A program made the position numbers and the translations under genes. DNA of 64,000 nt. Origin: a virus. The first letter of the stretch is position 1, and the number at the start of each line of letters is the position of its first letter. A model generated the notes under the pieces. It searched no databases and was not told the origin of the DNA. It saw nothing but the letters and a program-made list of their open reading frames with translations. Positions 59,101-64,000 of this stretch are shown one piece after another. Where the stretch lies: the IMG/VR virus record IMGVR_UViG_3300030090_003995, positions 1-64,000 of that record; one strand, 5' to 3'.

Positions 59101-60791
59101 GTAAGATGGCTTGGCTCGCTTATTCACCAAATTTAACTGGTTGTTATTTAGTTTCTACTGATGCAAAGGAATGGGACAGTACAGATGTTAGTTCCGATAA
59201 TCTTTTCTCAGATTCTACACATAATAGAATACCTAAATACATTTCATACATTATTTCACATGAAATAAGTAGAACTGATAGTATAATATATCATGACTTT
59301 ATTGTTGATAATATGGGCTCAGCGACTAAACAAAATAATTATAAGATAATGCGCCCTAATCACGTCTGCTTTTATCCTGAAAGTCCGAATGAAATTGATT
59401 TATACAAATTAGATTATTCTTACACAAAACGTGCAGATAGTAATGAAATGTATTCTAGAATCCCACATTTAAGATATTGGGAAGATGGTTGGAAACATGA
59501 TGATGTTGGAGAACCTGATTATGGAGAAGGAATACAATCTATGTATGTAGTAATTAATCCGGACCATACTTCAACTGAGAAATTTTTGATACCAAGAGTT
59601 CACACAGGAGGTTATACACATGATGATTTATTATTCGGTTCAGGAAAAACTTTTGAAGAAGGTTCATATGATATGTTAGCAAGTGACGGTGTTAATAAAG
59701 AAAGAAAGACTCTAAACATTTCAAAATCAAGCGGTTGGGGTTCACAGAATGGAACAACAATTAGATTCAATGAAAAATTTGATAAAAAAATGTCAGGAGT
59801 TGTTTCTTTAGGAGAAATCTTTTCAATAGAAACAGCGACACCGGTTTCATTACAAAATGTAGAATCCGCAACAATAGGAACTGGAGTCACTATCGGAGAA
59901 GAAGTAGAAGATATAGTAAATGATATTTTAGAAACTAATAGTATTGTTTATACAAAAACTGATAGAGAATTCCCATATGTTACAGCACCGAATATTCAAG
60001 GTGCAGATGTGTATAATTCAGTTAAATATTTAGGAACTTTAAAGGACAAAGAGTTATCTTTTAACAAAGATAAGATTGAATTTATACCAAAAGATTATAC
60101 ATATAGACAGTCTAATATAGAACTTTCTGAAACAAATAGTGACATACAAGTTGTGGAGTTATCTAGAAATAAATCAGGGTTTGATATTTATAATGAAATA
60201 ATTGTTTATGGTCATGGTGTGAAATCTACCAAAAGAGATAGTAAAAGTATCAAAGAAATAGGAAAGAAAACTCTAGAAGAGTTTGATGATAAACTAATGA
60301 CACAACCCGAAGTTGATGAAAGAGCAAGAGGATTATTACAATTACATTCAGCAGACTCACAAAGAATTACTTTTAGAGTTTCAGAAAAGAATTTAGAATT
60401 ATTACAATCCGGAGACATAATTACAGTTGAATGGCCCAGTCAACATATTCCAAGAAGCAACTTTATAGTTTTAGAAATAAGACATTCTATCAATGGATTA
60501 TTAGAAATTGAAGCAGGTTCATTTAAGAAAGGATTAGAAGGCACTCTCGCCCAAATGATAGTTCAACAGAAAAAAGTAGATTCCTTTTTAAGAAGTGATA
60601 GGTTTAAAGCACCTGTTGTAGATGAAGGACATTTTGAATCCTTTAGGGTTAAACCAATTAAACTAGTGATTAAAAAGACTTCAACATCAGGTTCAACGCA
60701 GATAGGTTTAACTACTGCGCTAGGGTTCACAACAACGCTTGACATAGGGACTACAACAGTTACAGAAGAATTAAATGAGGATTATACATGA
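53142..60791 (+). CDS. Giant tail tip/baseplate hub-adhesin protein (2549 aa)
   Basis: Ser/Thr/Gly/Asn-rich; C-terminal YNEIIVYG..SIKEIG..LLQSGDIITV hub-like region. Confidence 0.75.
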   Translation: MTNDKLFIMKKGSKPGDTPTLGTNVYYDTATNPLVICDDDTIDDAATIACYEVRNDWVLPLKGIRTHTSGVAVDNGSGYATSVDTINVDGGDPRDLLEVGWHTYKSDGTFIGTIKSMAYDGTHGTIVFTTNIQTALANNDVIHRAWGVSNSKTYNVLNRIYPNDSTSVDLYLENLNNTPGYRIDCASYKSDGSTLSVGVSLASLDIATNDYFVMINNLDPLKHHIAKITEITTNDVAGDSFEFSPKYGSEIPKGTKFAIYKGPLVTDTGVVAVGYGLYGNTQNYGTDSDETDGTGTATDARHAGLTQISAPNFYFYNDRLNKKNELNHNTKYMLHYSRTTSAATHYFRAFLTCQDYGLKVVDYGPYTMNATLTDKSREFDSISSTPQSTDHYSASVSETYTVDVEDWDRCFTNNKRNTKNLIRQWSNNRVFTATSQDANAYPEGTFTGPTRYLHYTTSPNACSSIPDVLEMEVFDSINESGSYVDMVIADAKRIYGRKLKQHDKITIKKIIGRDNLDENFKALPGKWSGNSGGTDFTVELDTGQDLRILLQKTTASGTKYETFLIGNYYYFITGIDAPVNANIRTQSITIGGYKGKTDAEFVGGGTIQETFTDSTGYRRAWSVLTESLLTDVSIDTDVTYSNIGTATQSSTITYANQTISSNNSRLYNSELLLQGGYLFNYSIPIEYGDKTHKILKLQSPRKQMYQDETLGNESLLEYFIGDYAIMKTIFVGRIESLEDYIEQGMFKYKLSGRGNINKLLGPIVNKDYKHTEDIIYSTYGPIFNMKDSGYDVNLSTGAYAWSPTPVIFDGSGSWGSTVKRLLFKQDGNLLGNVSSTSSNQLNFVGASGALQTSVDNNDSIYEGLTDRNIISLSKSLEANPTLNISPLSLRGTAGKGLIFTSGQKLDVNDYGVPTTELSTLVGTSAHSHSRALGYNIHNPQSVNEGVDLPFMFNVKDEVTTGGTFSKINTVNSLTEYEVVSIDSGVGSSIIEIAPNCPVIMGRVDDNPNDVRFETLTATTINPDDNYAIGHNYAIEVNDNYSNTNSAINGKYIYNSAGILLGKVLNVIDDGDSGYGCLIILDRPLTVAITTSTLFYTSTSKTHGLYLINTQGLRNGGILQLTNSILNTLYQPTIFNLSQTPDGTHTLDALNRHYCAVDRYGSYFWRYLDLQKGKKGSISYAKRQNISGDLTDIYSAQLGEFNAYAPAFRFNPGSDVSLNLTDFNYDSDYSNDYQKMGSHETRNVFPVLGSNFADYDKYSSNSATHPTGYNLIPKKYSTTLGGPWNIDWDGAVWDSTAIRKVASGIKANAVKATRDRLELIDPKVITPFLFTTADLFPDSLTRTNHIGNVERDFSNYSIMLKSKPTQIKSSTEHDKYVGKLNQLELSDDSYETLLINSASIKTNQMRRLGLMRLTEITFDWHFNMIDPENIKEKDKNNVPFFKYARYQKVTDSSETISSISGAVITCTNSVTASKFPDGSYVFDSNGNYLGTVNSSGVSGSNITLTADVKLVNGAAATGNLYYIEKGHTNNQSYYEYFIGGKDGDDSFTNFTEESANSTNDADDSWGNTPRPLNMLQMAIFNGYGSCTETLNESTSSAEEANNEGYGASDSSAFKKYFIRKMDMAANGNHEIGYLNHITLPPVFEGFVLEKLYQAGSSGTRLRPSGSGSYISGTTIATNGASQGDIQNQLKYGDKIYTDNGEFVGTFASVDASAVITIVENLNTTTTLNRGGDDATFLCKGGTQITDYHSSGNHIDIATGKGGNESGGHALSSKEHVAKYSYAATASTIPDAEYVHPSRVLEGIFNFFQDTRIQNPYANLRAVALTRHKVENSGGKLGWNVTEDIKPKIGAGMSALLGSVGNGGGLDGEDKQQQLKIKVGSDLDYVQQDYPPMFIAARLFDSHTFPDGFSTHDDFRGEFAKFTRTKSATGQVFKNRGEQGGKQTLCDGGEFVFKPIFNTQGTNTSITYDTTTPNGSSMARIRIRPDTDGKMAWLAYSPNLTGCYLVSTDAKEWDSTDVSSDNLFSDSTHNRIPKYISYIISHEISRTDSIIYHDFIVDNMGSATKQNNYKIMRPNHVCFYPESPNEIDLYKLDYSYTKRADSNEMYSRIPHLRYWEDGWKHDDVGEPDYGEGIQSMYVVINPDHTSTEKFLIPRVHTGGYTHDDLLFGSGKTFEEGSYDMLASDGVNKERKTLNISKSSGWGSQNGTTIRFNEKFDKKMSGVVSLGEIFSIETATPVSLQNVESATIGTGVTIGEEVEDIVNDILETNSIVYTKTDREFPYVTAPNIQGADVYNSVKYLGTLKDKELSFNKDKIEFIPKDYTYRQSNIELSETNSDIQVVELSRNKSGFDIYNEIIVYGHGVKSTKRDSKSIKEIGKKTLEEFDDKLMTQPEVDERARGLLQLHSADSQRITFRVSEKNLELLQSGDIITVEWPSQHIPRSNFIVLEIRHSINGLLEIEAGSFKKGLEGTLAQMIVQQKKVDSFLRSDRFKAPVVDEGHFESFRVKPIKLVIKKTSTSGSTQIGLTTALGFTTTLDIGTTTVTEELNEDYT

Positions 60792-61189
60792 TAACCGATA
60801 AAATGAAAAGAAAAATAGCATTGTTCTTGAAAGACCAAGTAACTAAAGCCAATATGGGAACAGGCGGAAACGCAAGTTTTCCAACAACAGAACAATTAGA
60901 TGTTCCAATTTTAACCACATTAGTAACTACTGTAAACTCAGAATCAAATGATAACACTATTGACTTTAAAGCAACATTTACAGGTAGTAGTTTGTTAGGA
61001 AATACTATTAGAGAAATTGGGTTATTTAGTGATACTATGCCAGCAGATGACAAATTTGATGAATTACGTGGAGGTTCCAGTATCGGGACAACAGACACAA
61101 CAATGCTAACTCGTATAAATTTTGACCCAATTGGGCCTTTTTCGGCATCAGATGAAATCGAATTTATATTTACAATAGAGGTGGAATAA
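60788..61189 (+). CDS. Putative baseplate/tail-fibre attachment protein
   Basis: MGTGG..TIREIGLF motif typical of fibre N-terminal or baseplate domains. Confidence 0.55.
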   Translation: MITDKMKRKIALFLKDQVTKANMGTGGNASFPTTEQLDVPILTTLVTTVNSESNDNTIDFKATFTGSSLLGNTIREIGLFSDTMPADDKFDELRGGSSIGTTDTTMLTRINFDPIGPFSASDEIEFIFTIEVE

Positions 61190-61190
61190 T

Positions 61191-62858
61191 ATGGTAACAA
61201 GTGTAAACGAAGGAATGTATACAGAAATGGATTCTGCTGGAACACCAATTCAGGGAATTAGAGATACTAATGACTTTATTCATTCAGGAATAATTAAAGG
61301 TCTGAGCGCAGGAATTAGAGGGCATTATGCTATAAAAAATGGTGCTTACAACGGAAGTGTTGGATTTGAAATAGTTCAAGGTAATTCTGGAGGAAAAACT
61401 ACATTAGCAGTTGCGGCTGGAAAAGTATTCAGAGATGGTGCGTATAATTCCGTGGCTACTGTAACATTTACTGCTAATTCCAGTCCATCTACTTTTGATG
61501 AACCAAGTTCAGGCACATCATATTTTATGATAGTAGCCGACGCTTCAAACGTTTTAAAAATTAGAGGGGATAAAGCCAATACAAATTCTCTTCCCGTCAA
61601 TAAACATACAAGTTCATCAGCAACAGATATTCTTACAGGTGACGTTCCAATTGCTATTGTTAAAATGGCTAATGGTGGAACGGTTGATGCAAGACCAATT
61701 CAATTTTTAACAACAGACCAAGATGAAAAAACTGTTACTATTGGTCATACTACGACTAATGCCTTTGTTGAGGCTATGTCAATTTCAAGCACCGCTTCTG
61801 TTACTACTTTTGAGAATAAAGTAAGTGATGCTGATATTGTTTTTCAAGTAAAAGATGGAAGTTCGGCTAGTCAAGAAGTATTAAGAATAGATGCTGCTGC
61901 CCAAAGAATTGGAATTAACGCTTCTTCACCTTCATCCGATTTACATATTGATAGTTCAGGTGTTACTGAATTAAGAGTAAGTTCAACACAAGATACTAAT
62001 TATAGTGTAGCAAATATTATTTGCCACACAATTAATGATTATAGAGGTAGCGGTTTATACATATCTGCTGATGATGATAGCGGTGATGCTCAAGACCAAA
62101 CTTGGGCTATTGGAACAGCATATTCTAAAGATGATTTACAAATCGGTTTTTATCAAGATAAATATGATGATGTAGTAAATAGTGCTAATGACCCCTTAGA
62201 CCCAACTCAAGGTGTAGTTAGAATTACTACTGGCGGTAATGTTGGAATTGGTTTATTTGATGGTGGAGATACCCCAAGCGCACCTGAATATATGTTACAT
62301 CTAGTTTCAATGACAGACCAAAGACCTCAATTAATGTTAGAAAATAGAAACACAGATGAAAACGCAGGAAATGAACCTGAAATTATTTTTAAAAGACAGG
62401 CTACACCTTCCGCAGAAGGCGACCACGATTCTTTTGATATAGGAAACATTAAATGGAATGCAAGGGACCATAATGGTAATTATCTTACTTTTTGTCAAGT
62501 AATGGGTGATATTGTCGATGATTCTGATGGTTCTGAAGATGGTAGATTAGTTTTCTATATGCAAGCAGGTGGCACTAATTCAGAACATTTTAGAGTAGGC
62601 GGTGGTGCTGTTACAGTTAATAGTCAAGGACTTAGTAATATTGATTTTATTGTTGAGTCTGATACTTATAATGTTATTAATGTTGATGCTAGTAATGATT
62701 CAATTTCTATCGGTGGAAACGATTCTGCTAAAATCGGATTTTATGGCGCAACACCAATTGTCTGTGCAACAGTATCCGCTGGTGATATTGCTAGTAGTCC
62801 TGAAGCGGTAGTATTGGCTACTGCTTTATCAAATCTAGGATTAATTAATGTAGCATGA
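61191..62858 (+). CDS. Tail fibre/spike protein
   Basis: RIGIN..P, GNVGIG..P..LHL fibre repeats. Confidence 0.7.
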   Translation: MVTSVNEGMYTEMDSAGTPIQGIRDTNDFIHSGIIKGLSAGIRGHYAIKNGAYNGSVGFEIVQGNSGGKTTLAVAAGKVFRDGAYNSVATVTFTANSSPSTFDEPSSGTSYFMIVADASNVLKIRGDKANTNSLPVNKHTSSSATDILTGDVPIAIVKMANGGTVDARPIQFLTTDQDEKTVTIGHTTTNAFVEAMSISSTASVTTFENKVSDADIVFQVKDGSSASQEVLRIDAAAQRIGINASSPSSDLHIDSSGVTELRVSSTQDTNYSVANIICHTINDYRGSGLYISADDDSGDAQDQTWAIGTAYSKDDLQIGFYQDKYDDVVNSANDPLDPTQGVVRITTGGNVGIGLFDGGDTPSAPEYMLHLVSMTDQRPQLMLENRNTDENAGNEPEIIFKRQATPSAEGDHDSFDIGNIKWNARDHNGNYLTFCQVMGDIVDDSDGSEDGRLVFYMQAGGTNSEHFRVGGGAVTVNSQGLSNIDFIVESDTYNVINVDASNDSISIGGNDSAKIGFYGATPIVCATVSAGDIASSPEAVVLATALSNLGLINVA

Positions 62859-63081
62859 TTAATAGATTTAATTTCAAAATGGATTTAATTACTATGCCCC
62901 CTCACGGCCCTTCTAACGCGATTGAGCATGGCGGTGGTGGTGATACCTACCCGACCTATTGGATGCGCTTAGAGGCCATCTTACGGGCCTTTAGAGGGCA
63001 TTCCAATTGAAGATTCGGGATAACTGATAGTGTTAGATTTTAGCAACAAAAAATAACATGGTAAATTTGACCAAAAAAAAT

Positions 63082-63258
63082 TTAGGCCGAGGGAACCGAA
63101 ATTCCCCCGACCTTTATTTTTGTCTTATTAGACCACAAAGCAAAACATTCCCTGCATTCCCAGACTTTAATCGAATCTGCCGACCCAACATATACCCCAA
63201 TAATTCTCTTGGGTATTGTCTGCATATTGCATACAGGACACTTTTGCTTTAAACTCAT
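63082..63258 (-). CDS. 58-aa zinc-ribbon protein
   Basis: MSLKQKCPVC...VWECRECFALW. Confidence 0.6.
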   Translation of the reverse strand: MSLKQKCPVCNMQTIPKRIIGVYVGSADSIKVWECRECFALWSNKTKIKVGGISVPSA

Positions 63259-63410
63259 TATTTTTCACCGCGTTTAATTTTTTGCATGATGTTTTCCATA
63301 TATTCTTCAATTGTATCTTCAGTGATGCTTGTTTGACCAAACGCCGCAAAAAATAAAATCGAAATGATACATAGGAAAACTAACCATGCGAATACTTCAC
63401 CTGTTTCCAT
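63258..63410 (-). CDS. 50-aa membrane protein
   Basis: METGEVFAWLVFLCIISILFFAAFG...; GGTGA RBS. Confidence 0.55.
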   Translation of the reverse strand: METGEVFAWLVFLCIISILFFAAFGQTSITEDTIEEYMENIMQKIKRGEK

Positions 63411-63414
63411 TTTA

Positions 63415-64000
63415 TCACCACTCCATTTTCATTTCTACAAATTCTTCTTTTTCTATACTAAAGCCCTTAATCATGTTATCTAATCCATGCATATACAAAT
63501 CATACACCAATTTACAATCTTTAAGGCAATAGTCTACTACTTCTTGATATTCACCCGCTTTCCAAAGAGCAGGGGCCATAACACTCTCTAATGATTTAGT
63601 TTCTCCCAATGTATTATCCACTAAATTTTGTAGAGAAAATCTTTCACCATATTGTTTAGTCAATTCTCTACTAGTGTCAATATATTGCTCATCATTTAAA
63701 AACTTTCTAACACAATAAATATCCATTGAGTCTCTTAATACTGGCAAATCAAATGTAGCAATATTGTGACCCAATAGTTTAGTGCCACTTTTATACATAT
63801 CATCTAAATCGTATTTCAATTGGCTCAGCGGTAGCACTTTAGTATTACCCTTTTCTATAACTTTATCAACTAATTCTTTTTCTACATATGTTTTTCCAAT
63901 TGTTCCATCCCACGTTGCCACCGTCGAGACAAGAAACATATGAGTATTTCCCCAACCACCAATTTCCGTAGAAAGGTTTTTAGTTTCAATATCAAATGCA
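63415..64000 (-). CDS. DEDD/RNase H-like 3'-5' exonuclease, 5' end outside the window
   Basis: AFDIET (read at the window edge), GHNIATFDL, YCLKD motifs. Confidence 0.85.
   Translation of the reverse strand, partial: AFDIETKNLSTEIGGWGNTHMFLVSTVATWDGTIGKTYVEKELVDKVIEKGNTKVLPLSQLKYDLDDMYKSGTKLLGHNIATFDLPVLRDSMDIYCVRKFLNDEQYIDTSRELTKQYGERFSLQNLVDNTLGETKSLESVMAPALWKAGEYQEVVDYCLKDCKLVYDLYMHGLDNMIKGFSIEKEEFVEMKMEW

Noticed and set aside
10006-61600. Many minus-strand ORFs (e.g. 16215, 20110, 34751, 60760)
   Set aside because: Antisense shadows of well-supported plus-strand genes.
1-64000. tRNA, rRNA, integrase, reverse transcriptase/DGR
   Set aside because: No recognisable signatures by eye; a tRNAscan or HMM run would be needed to exclude them fully.

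Overview
AT-rich segment of a tailed (HK97-fold, siphovirus-like) archaeal virus genome. The best fit is a marine Poseidoniales (MGII) virus ('magrovirus'-like); this is inferred from GGTGA/GGAGG ribosome-binding sites, a halovirus-type head-tail module and a DNA ligase beside the prohead protease. Layout: (i) 1-7400 is a mostly leftward, gene-poor region with a DUF3310-type gene, a small paralogous protein family, tiny zinc-finger genes and a dense set of repeated DNA motifs (CCATATGG/CACTTTGGG boxes, covarying GAATA-loop hairpins, a ~70-bp inverted repeat pair); (ii) 7470-62858 is a rightward morphogenesis region (terminase, LAGLIDADG endonuclease, portal, ligase, protease/scaffold, major capsid protein, small GTPase with membrane proteins, neck, tail tube, frameshifted tail chaperone, tape measure, 2549-aa tail tip protein, fibre); (iii) after 63082 a leftward operon with a DEDD exonuclease. 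Main discovery: 25 largely unrelated proteins start with the peptide M-(S/T)-W-x-x-(I/V/T/L)-(L/I/V)-K. It resembles the scaffold C-terminus (KMDWNEV) and ends in an ILK motif also found near the N-terminus of the capsid protein and flanking the protease domain. I propose a capsid cargo-loading tag plus maturation-cleavage system that delivers a large, variable protein payload. All calls come from motifs read by eye; no database searches were run.
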